64,000 nucleotides of DNA, taken from assembly GCA_016712745.1 (NCBI GenBank), contig JADJQN010000001.1, positions 1,009,494-1,073,493 on the forward strand. The letters run 5' to 3'. The notes below the pieces were generated by a model, which saw nothing but the letters and a program-made list of their open reading frames with translations, did no database searches and was not told where the DNA came from. The DNA is from Sandaracinaceae bacterium (GTDB taxonomy: Bacteria > Myxococcota_A > Polyangia > Polyangiales > JADJQN01). The translations under genes and the position numbers were made by a program. Position 1 is the first letter of the stretch. Every line of letters starts with the position of its first letter. Below, piece after piece: positions 39,392-48,263 of the stretch.

Positions 39392-41024
39392 GCCATCACT
39401 CGCAACGCGTCCACCACCTCGCGCGCCGCCCGCAGCCCTTGCTGAAATGCGTTCTCGAAGAGCGCGATGCCCGACAGATCGGAATGTGCGAAGTGAACGG
39501 CCCCCCGCGGGGCTTGCGCCCGCTGGCGCGCACCGCTCCACAACGCACCAACACGGGGCTGCACCATCCCGTGGCCCCACCGCCACACGTCGATGCGCTC
39601 GACGAAGTCGTCGAGCCCCTGATGCGCGCGGCGCAGGTCGGTCAGCACCGCCTCCTGCCAATCGTGCAGATTGTGCCCGAGCAAACGCCGGCGCCCTTCC
39701 CGCGCATCGGCCTCGGTGAAGGGCAAGTAGTAACTCTATACGGTAGGACCGAACTCTCGTCCTCGCTGATGTGTCGCGCTAACGTAACCAAGTGATGGGC
39801 TGTCGTAGATCACGTTGTCCCATGCGAAAGCGAAACCTCGGCTGCGTGGCCGATCCGAAAGATGCAGATTAGCGACCATCCATGCGCCGTGGTCGAAGCC
39901 ATCGGCCAGCTGCGGCGCATTGCGCAACGACGCCACGACACGCTTGGCGATGAACTGCGGCATCGCGACGATTGCGCGGCGCGCGCGATGAACCACGCGC
40001 TCGTTATTGCGGGTGTCCACGCATGTGACGTGCACAACGCCGTCGCGCTCTGTCACATCTGCGATCAGAAGGAGCTTGCGATTCGATCGCCGACCGCGCG
40101 AGTCAGATGCTTGACGATGGCGCCGTTGCCCTCGGGCCATGTGATCAAATCCTGCGCCTCGCTTGTTGCATCACGCATACGCGCTGCGTAGTAATGGACA
40201 AGCGCCCACGCGCTCGTGGTCATAAGACCCATTCCGAAATCATCGCGACACGCGTATTCGCACAGCCAGCGCAGGCGCGGCGACGTGAAACTCTCCCTGC
40301 GAAGCCAGGCGTCGGCGCTCATACGGTCAAGTTGCGTTGTCTCGCTATCGTCGCTGCTCTCATCGACGGGCACGGCAAACGCGCGGCGGCCGCGAGCGTC
40401 GCGCAGCGCCGCAAACTCGCCCATTCGGCGCTTGAATCGCTCGAGCTGCGCTATGTCTTCAGGCGACGCGCCCGCGTACGGATAGAGACCCGCATACCAA
40501 AAGCCGCGATAGAAATGACGCTCATCGGGCTCGCGAACAAGGCATGCCTCGTCGACTACCGGATCTCCGTCCGAGCTTAGGCCCGTTACAACGCCCATCT
40601 CCCGGAGCAGCGCAATCAGGTCCGCGTTCTCACGAAAGGGAGACGGCAGGTAGTGCGCGCCCCAAGGATAATTCGTAACCGCGCTTGTGCCGAACGCCGA
40701 CGTGCCCCCCGCCTCTCGCTCCAACTCGAGCACGCGCACATCGCGGACTCCCCGACGCAACAGTTCCCACGCAGCGCTCAAGCCCGACGGCCCCCCGCCC
40801 AATACGAGCACGTCGTGCAAAGGACCGGACGCCGCGCTCTGCGCCTCTGCCGACGTCGTCGCGGCATTGCGCAGCAGGTGTCCGTGCTCCATGGAGGGGC
40901 CGCGAAGCGCACCCGCAAGCTCGCGTCGTCGCGTAACCGGCGCATCGCAGCCCGTAGCGGCCAAAGTCGCAACCAGCGGCGCGCCGAGCATGGAGGCCAG
41001 CCACTCACGGCGCGACAGGCTCAT
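39388..41024 (-). pseudogene. Tat-signal FAD-dependent oxidoreductase (amine-oxidase-like fold), disrupted by one frameshift and one in-frame TAG
   Basis: Three track ORFs form one protein: 40065..41024, 39736..40140 and 39388..39726. The Tat/lipobox N-terminus is MSLSRREWLASMLGAPLVATLAATGC. The dinucleotide-binding motif is DVLVLGGGPSGLSAAWEL...LELEREAGG. The frame changes near 40075-40085 (..AVGDRI / KLLLIADVTERDG..). An in-frame TAG at 39736-39738 gives (..REFGPTV*SYYLPFTEADA..). Confidence 0.8.
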
Positions 41025-42541
41025 TCGTACTCACTCCACTCCGCGTCGTAGTAGCGAACGAGCGCCTGCGAGTTCATGTGATTTGTTTCGACCTCGACGG
41101 GGCCGGTGTCCGCGCCAAAAACGAAAAGCGTTGGCAGAATCGCGTCGTTGAGAAAGCGCAGACGCTGCACGTCCAAGCGCGTTGGTACATCGAATGGGAC
41201 GCGTCGCGCCAGCACATAGCCCCACTCGCCGAACGACGGCACAAGCGTGTGGTAGGCACGCGTAGCGAAGCCAGCTTCTGCCATCGTGCGCTCGATGCAC
41301 CAGAAGCTACGCCGGGCGAAAAGCGGCGAAGTGCTTTGAACGACGAGCGCGGTGTCGTCGCGCATGACTTCGCGCAAAATACGATAAAAGCGCGTTGTAT
41401 AGAGCTTGCCGAGTGAAAAATTATTGGGATCCGGGAAGTCCACAATAACCACGTCGAAGGTTCGACCGCGCGCGTCTGCAAGCCAGACCATCGCATCGTC
41501 ATTCACGATGGTGACTCTCGGATCGAGCATTGAGTCGTGGTTCAAGCGTCGCAAAAGCGAAACACGCTTGGCCATGTCCGTGACGCCGTGATCCAAATCC
41601 ACCAGCGTCACGTCCTCAACGTCGCGGTAACGAAACACCTCGCGCAACGCCAGACCATCACCGCCGCCAAGAATTAAGATGTGCTTGTGCTCGGCGGCAA
41701 GCGCCATCGCAGGATGCACGAGTGCTTCGTGGTACCGATACTCGTCGATCGAATTGAACTGAAGGTTGCCGTTGAGCAGGAGCTGAACGCCGCCCTTGCT
41801 TGCAGTCAACACGATACGCTGATACGGCGATTGCTCTGCATAGGCGATCTGAGCGCCGTAGGTTTCTTCCTCGCCGAGCACCTCGATGCGACGCGCGTAG
41901 ATGAAGACGACCACCAGCGCCATCGCGATCACAACAGAGGCGACCCGCAAGCGGATTAGCGTTCCCCGACGTATGAGATCGGCCAGAATAAACGTCGAGA
42001 GCAACGCAACTGCGATGTTCAATAGTCCAAAGAACAGAGAGGTGCGCAGCATGCCGAGCCACGGCACAAGCACCAACGCGAACGCAAGCGAGCCCACGAG
42101 AGCCCCGATATAGTCGAAGGTTAGTACGCGCGAGACGAGCGTTTCGAACTTCAGCTCATCCTTCACGATGCGCATCACGAGCGGGATTTCGAGGCCAACG
42201 AGAGTGCCGATCAAGCCAAGCAGCGCATAGAGCACCGCGCGATACGACGATGCATGCCCCGCAGCTAACCAAAGGATCGGCGCCTCGAAGCCGCCTACGA
42301 TGGCGGTCGCAAGCTCGACGTGGACGAAGGTTTCGGCGACGCGCGCTGTGACATAACCCGACAGCCATGCGCCAATACCCATCGAGAAGAGGTAGACGCC
42401 AATCGTCGTCGAGAACTGCGTAATCGAATCGCCAAGACGCTGGCTCGCAAGCGCCCCGCCAAGAAGCTCGTAGACCAGGCCCGCCGTCGATATGACGAGC
42501 ACAGTCAACATCAGCAGGGGCTGTTTGCGCTTCTTTAGCAC
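41021..42541 (-). CDS. Membrane-anchored polyamine aminopropyltransferase (spermidine-synthase fold fused to an N-terminal multi-TM domain)
   Basis: The ORF is 506 aa, with about 7-8 TM segments in the first 230 aa. The SpeE-type domain follows: YHEALVHPAM, ILILGGGDGLALREV, VTLVDLD, VIVDFPDPNN and LYTTRFY. Its stop overlaps the next start (ATGA). Confidence 0.85.
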   Translation of the reverse strand: MLKKRKQPLLMLTVLVISTAGLVYELLGGALASQRLGDSITQFSTTIGVYLFSMGIGAWLSGYVTARVAETFVHVELATAIVGGFEAPILWLAAGHASSYRAVLYALLGLIGTLVGLEIPLVMRIVKDELKFETLVSRVLTFDYIGALVGSLAFALVLVPWLGMLRTSLFFGLLNIAVALLSTFILADLIRRGTLIRLRVASVVIAMALVVVFIYARRIEVLGEEETYGAQIAYAEQSPYQRIVLTASKGGVQLLLNGNLQFNSIDEYRYHEALVHPAMALAAEHKHILILGGGDGLALREVFRYRDVEDVTLVDLDHGVTDMAKRVSLLRRLNHDSMLDPRVTIVNDDAMVWLADARGRTFDVVIVDFPDPNNFSLGKLYTTRFYRILREVMRDDTALVVQSTSPLFARRSFWCIERTMAEAGFATRAYHTLVPSFGEWGYVLARRVPFDVPTRLDVQRLRFLNDAILPTLFVFGADTGPVEVETNHMNSQALVRYYDAEWSEYE

Positions 42542-42553
42542 TGCGGAAACAGC

Positions 42554-42775
42554 TTATCCGTGCACAGCGGCCGACACGATCATCGCGATGCCGATGATGA
42601 TCGAACCGATCACAATGCCGAGCGCGACGTTCTGATCCTCTTCGATTTCCTTCTTGATCGAAAAGGGCAGCGTCTTTTGCAGAATGAAGAATGCCACTGC
42701 GAAGAAGATGACGCCGATGACGCCAAATACGATGGAGCTCACTGCGGCCCGAACCAATGCGTCCAACTGAATCAT
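42554..42775 (-). CDS. DUF350-like small membrane protein
   Basis: The start is taken at MIQLDALVRAAVSSIVFGVIGVIFFAVAFFILQKTLPFSIKKEIEEDQNVALGIVIGSIIIGIAMIVSAAVHG (73 aa). It has two TM segments and the E-x-x-x-NxA-like loop typical of DUF350/YjfL-type proteins. GGAGG lies 9 nt upstream. Confidence 0.7.
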   Translation of the reverse strand: MIQLDALVRAAVSSIVFGVIGVIFFAVAFFILQKTLPFSIKKEIEEDQNVALGIVIGSIIIGIAMIVSAAVHG

Positions 42776-42777
42776 GA

Positions 42778-42960
42778 TTATTTGCCTCCGAAACCGGTTG
42801 CCCAAAAACTGGGATAAGCACTTCGATTGCCCGCCACTCCGGCAGGCATGTGGTCGCGCGTTCCGTCCGCGCCAAACGGTTGCCACCCTGCGAAGAGCGA
42901 GAACGCATAGCCGCCGATGGCGAGGGCGGTAATCACTGCGTAGATTTTGACGAAGCCCAT
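42778..42960 (-). CDS. 60-aa single-pass membrane protein
   Basis: The sequence MGFVKIYAVITALAIGGYAFSLFAGWQPF... has one TM. A GAGGG RBS lies 8-9 nt upstream. It sits 16 nt after the upstream gene and 2 nt before the DUF350 gene, so operon packing supports it. Confidence 0.55.
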   Translation of the reverse strand: MGFVKIYAVITALAIGGYAFSLFAGWQPFGADGTRDHMPAGVAGNRSAYPSFWATGFGGK

Positions 42961-42976
42961 ATCTCTACCCTCTCGC

Positions 42977-44977
42977 TCAAACTACGTTGGAATTTTCCCA
43001 ACGCTTCTTTTCGTGCTGCAGACGCAAATAAATCCCGATGCCGAAAGGCAGTATCAATAGAAGGAACGCCAGCAGCCACGCGCCTGGTCCGCGCCCGTTC
43101 ACAACGACGCTCAGACTGGCACTCGGTGGAAGCGGCGCGGGCGGCGACGATCCGGCGCCAACGTACGTTTCCCAATCCGTCACGCACCGAATGCTGTAGT
43201 GCCCGGAGTGAACGCGCGAAATGTAATCCGTCGTCGAGCGTTGTCCCTCCGACCAATTCTCGCCGCCGGTGTAGCCGCGGTATTCGCCGGTATCCACGGT
43301 AAACTCGATCACCTCGCCGTTGTCTTCGTTAATCAAGGCGCAGTCGGCACCGACCCAAACGTTCGTAGACGTCGTTGCCAGCGTGACCTCGATCGTGGTG
43401 GGGCCACGACGAACGGTGAACGCATCGGTGTAAGTGACCGCACGATTTGGATCGTTCGCAGCTGGACTGTCACCCGGCACGCCGAAGGCAACCCCGCTGC
43501 CGTCAACGTAGGGCGCTGTCCCCTTCGAGTCGACGTTCAACGCGATATCGCGGAACACCGGCGTGTCAGGGAAGCGCGAGCCGTAAATCACGCTGAGTAT
43601 GATCATCACGACAAGCCCCGCGCCGAAGATCGCTGCCGGGATGCCGAATTTATAGGGATTGGGTGACGCGACGGGGACGCCGTCGCCGTGCAAGTTCACG
43701 GAGAACGCTTTTTCAACTTCGGCCCGCGGCAGGTGCTCGCTGAGCGAGCTGATGATCTCGCTCGGGTTGTACTCGATACTGACGACTCGCGGCGGCGCGA
43801 TGTAGTCGCAGGCACGCACTGTCTCGCCGATTTCAACCTTCCAGTAGAACTCACCGACCACCATGTCGACGTAGGCCTGGTTGTCGAAGAAGCGGCGAAA
43901 GCGTGTTCCCTCGTAAACGACGCCATCGCCAAAAGTACCCTGCTGCACATCGGCGTTTTGAATCGTGCGCGTAAGCATGAACGCGCTGTTGTCTTCGACG
44001 AGCCAGGTATAGCCGCCGCCCGACCCGTAGAGCAGGTACTCGCCCCAATCGTAGCGGTCGCCCTCGACGATGGTGTAACGGCGCATGTAGCCGATCACGA
44101 TATACTCGGTGCCGCGCAAGGTGCCCTTGCTGCCGAGCGCGATGGCCGGCATCGCGAGGTTGCGCCGATCCAAAATGCCTAGAAGCTCGAGCTTGCCCTG
44201 GTTGGTATTGAGCGTGGCGCCGCACGAGCCGCAAATCGCACGCTGCGATTCGGACGGCGCGAATAGAGGGATGGGCGCGCCACAATGCGGACACTGCAGT
44301 CGCGAAACATCGACACGTTGTTCTGGACGCGGCCCGAGCGCCGATGACACCAACTTGACTGCGTCGCCCGGCAGAATGCGCCCGATGTAGAGCGAGGCCG
44401 CTTCAATGTTGTCGCCGAAATCCGCGGTAGCGAATCCGCCGCCGGGCGCCGATAGATCGAGGTAATGGCTGAGCTCTCCGACAGCGAGTGCGGCGTCGAA
44501 CTCGCCCTTTGCGGCAATCAACGTGGATTGTCGCTTTTCGTTGATCATCCACGGACGCGGATCAGAGCCGAGGCGAATCCCGCTCATGCCGACCGCGCTT
44601 TGCTCCCACGTGTGCAATGTGGTGCCTGTCGGATCAACGCGCGACGTTAGGTACCAATTGCCCTGTGCTCCGGCGAGCCACGCAGTCGTGCCATCGTCGA
44701 ATGCGACAAAGAACTCATCCCACGGTCCCATTCCCCAATCGCGCTGCGACCGGCCAGCGACCGTTGCGCTACGCCCATCGATTGCGATGGAGTCCTTCAC
44801 TTCGAACGGTGAAGCGGTCGGGACCAGGTCGGCCATTTTTCCGGTCGCGCGAAAGCCCTGATCGTTTCGAATAACGACGAAGTGACAGTATTCGCACACC
44901 AACGCTGGCGAGCTCGCGAGACCGAAAGAAATCGGCGCGCTGCAATTCGGACACGGCGCCGAGCGCACCCCCATCAT
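42977..44977 (-). CDS. Zinc-ribbon / DUF4178-like repeat membrane protein
   Basis: The start ATG at 44975-44977 overlaps the speH stop (ATGA), giving 666 aa. There are two CxxC...CxxC ribbons (CPNCSAP..CEYCH and CPHCGAP..CGSCG). Each is followed by DUF4178-like modules (WDEFFVAFDDGTTAWLAGAQGNWYL; YDWGEYLLYGSGGGYTWLVEDN; VGEFYWKVEIGE). Then come a TM, a beta-rich extracytoplasmic domain and a C-terminal TM. Confidence 0.7.
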   Translation of the reverse strand: MMGVRSAPCPNCSAPISFGLASSPALVCEYCHFVVIRNDQGFRATGKMADLVPTASPFEVKDSIAIDGRSATVAGRSQRDWGMGPWDEFFVAFDDGTTAWLAGAQGNWYLTSRVDPTGTTLHTWEQSAVGMSGIRLGSDPRPWMINEKRQSTLIAAKGEFDAALAVGELSHYLDLSAPGGGFATADFGDNIEAASLYIGRILPGDAVKLVSSALGPRPEQRVDVSRLQCPHCGAPIPLFAPSESQRAICGSCGATLNTNQGKLELLGILDRRNLAMPAIALGSKGTLRGTEYIVIGYMRRYTIVEGDRYDWGEYLLYGSGGGYTWLVEDNSAFMLTRTIQNADVQQGTFGDGVVYEGTRFRRFFDNQAYVDMVVGEFYWKVEIGETVRACDYIAPPRVVSIEYNPSEIISSLSEHLPRAEVEKAFSVNLHGDGVPVASPNPYKFGIPAAIFGAGLVVMIILSVIYGSRFPDTPVFRDIALNVDSKGTAPYVDGSGVAFGVPGDSPAANDPNRAVTYTDAFTVRRGPTTIEVTLATTSTNVWVGADCALINEDNGEVIEFTVDTGEYRGYTGGENWSEGQRSTTDYISRVHSGHYSIRCVTDWETYVGAGSSPPAPLPPSASLSVVVNGRGPGAWLLAFLLLILPFGIGIYLRLQHEKKRWENSNVV

Positions 44978-45348
44978 TGCGAATGGGCCACAGGGGAAAC
45001 GACGGGTGCAATCCCGCGGGCGAGCAAACGCACTTCGCACGACGTTGCCGAGAGCGCCTTGGTCAGAATTGCTTTCGACTTTTCAGGATCGCCACTCCCG
45101 CACGTGTAGAAATCAACCGCCGCATAACCGCGTTCGGGCCACGTGTGAATCGACACGTGCGACTCCTCGAGGAGGAGCACGCCCGTGACGCCTTGCGGTG
45201 CGAACGCATGCATCATGGCGCCAACGACGGAAGCGCCGGTCGCCAACGCGCATTCCCGAAGCACGGCTTCTAGGCGTACAGCGTCGTTGAGCGCTGCCGC
45301 CTGGCAGCCCCAAAAATCCAAAATCAGGTGACGTCCCCTCGTCTGCAC
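44974..45348 (-). CDS. speH: S-adenosylmethionine decarboxylase proenzyme (pyruvoyl, small SpeH/class-1 type)
   Basis: The ORF is 124 aa. The self-cleavage/active-site motif is VLLLEESHVSIHTWPERGYAAVDFYTCG. Confidence 0.88.
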   Translation of the reverse strand: MQTRGRHLILDFWGCQAAALNDAVRLEAVLRECALATGASVVGAMMHAFAPQGVTGVLLLEESHVSIHTWPERGYAAVDFYTCGSGDPEKSKAILTKALSATSCEVRLLARGIAPVVSPVAHSQ

Positions 45349-45466
45349 GCGCTGGCCCCCGAAAACTCGCGCATTGGTATCCTATCAAGCCTCCGTCGTC
45401 GAGCGCCGTCGGGTTGTCCGTCGAGGTAACGTCTTGTAAGGTCCGCGCCTTGAGCCGAGGGGATCC

Positions 45467-46816
45467 ATGCAAAAGATGCTTCGAATCGCGTGTGTGAGTG
45501 CGTTGGTGTTGGCGGGCTGCTCAACGACACCCGAAATGTCGGTTAACGACGCGGGTGTGGACGCATCGTCCATCGACATGGGGCGCGCCGACGGCGGATC
45601 GCGCGATAGCGGCGCTCCCGACGCCGGGAACGACGCTGGCCCGAGTTGCACAAGCGGTTGCGGCATCGCGCAGGTTGAGGCCGGCTTCTGGCACACCTGC
45701 GCACGTCGCGAGAACGGCCAAGTGCTGTGCTGGGGCAACAACCTCTGGAGTGAGCTCGGCGACAACAGTGGTCGTCACATGACGTGTCCGCCCGTGCATG
45801 AAGGAATCGTCACCGACTGCAGCGTGAATCCCGTTCAGCCCGTTGGCTTCACCGACGCCACGGACATCGCGGTTCATCGCAGCACCAATAGCTGCGCGCG
45901 TCATGCCGATGGAAGCTGGCAGTGCTGGGGCGTTTCGTTCGTCCCCGCCACCGGCATGCCGACTCAGAACGCTTCCCCGGTCAGCTACCCGAGCCTTTCC
46001 GGCGCGGTGCAAGTCGCCAACACGAGCAGCTTCGCCTGCATGATTGTCGCTAGCGGCGCGGTCGAGTGCGTCGGCTACAACGACGGCGGCGAGCTTGGCG
46101 ACGGCACGAACGTGCAGCGCACCTCGCGTGTTGCCAATGGCGTGACTGGCGCAACGCAACTCGACGTTGGATCGAGCCACGCGTGCGCCCTGCTTAGCGA
46201 CGGACACATTTCGTGCTGGGGTAGCAACCAATCCGGGCAGCTGGGCGATGGCATAACCCACGGGACATGCGGAGCAGGTGCGCGCCAGTACGACTGTGCG
46301 CTTACCCCCGTGCAAGTCGCGCTAATCGACGACGCGACTCAAGTGGCCACCGGTGCATCCCACACATGCGCACTGCGCGCTGACCACACGGTGTGGTGCT
46401 GGGGCGGCAACTCGTACGGCGCGCTCGGCTCAGGCGAAGAAGCCGATGAGCTTACGCCCGTCCAAGTAGATGCCCTGAGCAACGTGAGCGCGATCGCCGC
46501 GGGCGACAACAATACGTGCGCGCTCAACGACAGCGGCGCTATCTACTGCTGGGGCGCAAACCAGCGAGGGACACTCGGAGACGGCGCAACGACGCACTCG
46601 GTGTGCAGCGTCGACTCCAACGACTGCAGTCGCGTACCAGTCTCCGTCGCAACGATCGACGACGCCACCGCGATCACCGTGGGCGGCGCGCACGCATGCG
46701 CCATTCGCGGCGATGAGTCGGTTTGGTGCTGGGGCTACAACGTCGACTACCAGCTAGGCGTTTCGCCCAACACCGACATTAACACGCCGACCCAGGTCAC
46801 CTCGCTCAATCCCTAG
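45467..46816 (+). CDS. RCC1-repeat (beta-propeller) lipoprotein
   Basis: The lipobox is VLAGCSTT. There are at least six repeats of the type HTCA...DG.V.CWG.N..G.LGDG. Confidence 0.82.
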   Translation: MQKMLRIACVSALVLAGCSTTPEMSVNDAGVDASSIDMGRADGGSRDSGAPDAGNDAGPSCTSGCGIAQVEAGFWHTCARRENGQVLCWGNNLWSELGDNSGRHMTCPPVHEGIVTDCSVNPVQPVGFTDATDIAVHRSTNSCARHADGSWQCWGVSFVPATGMPTQNASPVSYPSLSGAVQVANTSSFACMIVASGAVECVGYNDGGELGDGTNVQRTSRVANGVTGATQLDVGSSHACALLSDGHISCWGSNQSGQLGDGITHGTCGAGARQYDCALTPVQVALIDDATQVATGASHTCALRADHTVWCWGGNSYGALGSGEEADELTPVQVDALSNVSAIAAGDNNTCALNDSGAIYCWGANQRGTLGDGATTHSVCSVDSNDCSRVPVSVATIDDATAITVGGAHACAIRGDESVWCWGYNVDYQLGVSPNTDINTPTQVTSLNP

Positions 46817-46854
46817 GCGCAGGCCGGAATCGCGCGGGCGCGTTCGAATTCTTC

Positions 46855-48234
46855 GTGTATGATTCGTCCATGCGTTTGGGGCGAATCGCGATCTTACCTC
46901 TCGCCGTCTTGCTCCTCGCAAGCGCGCCGGGCAGCTTCGACGGCTGCTCCTGCACGGCCGAGGTGCCAACGCCTCTCCCGCGCGTTGACGCTGGCTTCTG
47001 CAGCGCGGACGACGAATGCCCTCACGAGATATGCGCCGACGTGCGCTGCATTGCCGGTTCCTGCATCCAGATTTCGAGCGCGATCGATCGCGACCGCGAC
47101 GGACACTCTCCCGCCCCGTGCGGCGACGACTGCAACGACGGCGACGCGTTCATTTACACCGGCGCGACCGAGCTGTGCGACGGCGTCGACAATGATTGCG
47201 ACGGCGAGCGCGACGAAAACGCAGACTACGCGACGGACGTTGTCGAGCTCTCGGACGGCAGCGCCAATACTGTCGTCGTTCCGTGGACCCCCGAGTTCAT
47301 GATCACGACCGGAAGCAATCCTATCTTGGGCCGACGCATGGACCGCTTCGGAAACTTGAGCGCGCCCATGTCCCTCTTCCGAGGTCCAGCGAGCATGCTA
47401 AGGGCAGTGGCGAACTCGAGCGGAGCGGTCTTGCTCGTGACCGTCGGTGAACTCGCAGACGAAATCTACTTCGTCACGCTGACGCCCGACGCAAGTGGCC
47501 TCGCCATGATCTCAGCGGAACACTCGATCTCGGTAGCTGGCGCGGTCACGAACATCGAACTCACGCACAACGGCGAAGTCTGGGGCCTCGTCTATGACGT
47601 CACCAACGGCGAGGCGTATTCGCGCTCGCTCGTTCGTATTGCTGATGGCGAAGACGCATCGACGCAAACCAGCATTCCTCTCGAGAGCGAAGCGCTTTCG
47701 CCGAACGGCATCGGCATTACGTCCCACGCGGACGGTTTCGCAGTCACCGACAACGGCAACCACGTTCACCTGGTCGACGCGCTGGGCGTGATAGCGAGCT
47801 CGATCGATGCACCCGATGCGTCGCTTCGATTCGCTGAAGGGCCGCTCGCCTCACTCACCGGTCATCTGGTCATCGCTTACGAGGAGGGTCCTAGCCCGTC
47901 GGCAGACTACCCCGTCTTCGCACGCTTCGCGGATGTCGGAACTGCGCTCACCTGGGAAACAGTGACCGCAGTGGGTTCGGAAGCAAGCTTGGGGGCACTG
48001 TCCATTGCGGGGGCGGGACAAACGCTAGTCGCCTGGCGTGGCTCGGCCTCGCACACGGACGTGTCAGTCTTCGACGACACAGGAACGTTCGTGTTTAGGC
48101 AAAGCGTTCGACACGCCGGCAATGTTGTTGGGCCACGCACCTTGGCCGAGCGAGGAAATACGCTCGTCGTGGTCGAGCAACACGCGGTGCAACCCGCAAC
48201 CGCGATCTTCGTCCGGTCGTGCGTCTCGCACTAG
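46855..48234 (+). CDS. Secreted protein with a Cys-rich 'putative metal-binding motif' (DxDxDG...CxDCxD...CDGxDNDCDG) N-terminal module
   Basis: The signal peptide is MRLGRIAILPLAVLLLASAP, with a possible start at 46870. The motif reads DRDRDGHSPAPCGDDCNDGDAFIYTGATELCDGVDNDCDGERDEN. The remainder is beta-rich with no recognised motif. Confidence 0.7.
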   Translation: MYDSSMRLGRIAILPLAVLLLASAPGSFDGCSCTAEVPTPLPRVDAGFCSADDECPHEICADVRCIAGSCIQISSAIDRDRDGHSPAPCGDDCNDGDAFIYTGATELCDGVDNDCDGERDENADYATDVVELSDGSANTVVVPWTPEFMITTGSNPILGRRMDRFGNLSAPMSLFRGPASMLRAVANSSGAVLLVTVGELADEIYFVTLTPDASGLAMISAEHSISVAGAVTNIELTHNGEVWGLVYDVTNGEAYSRSLVRIADGEDASTQTSIPLESEALSPNGIGITSHADGFAVTDNGNHVHLVDALGVIASSIDAPDASLRFAEGPLASLTGHLVIAYEEGPSPSADYPVFARFADVGTALTWETVTAVGSEASLGALSIAGAGQTLVAWRGSASHTDVSVFDDTGTFVFRQSVRHAGNVVGPRTLAERGNTLVVVEQHAVQPATAIFVRSCVSH

Positions 48235-48263
48235 CGTCTCGCTTTGAGTAGGATGACGGTGCC

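Noticed and set aside
39736-39738. In-frame TAG in the FAD oxidoreductase as programmed read-through or pyrrolysine
   Set aside because: There are no pyl genes or any context for recoding in the window. The same gene also has a frameshift. A nonsense mutation or base-call error is far more likely.
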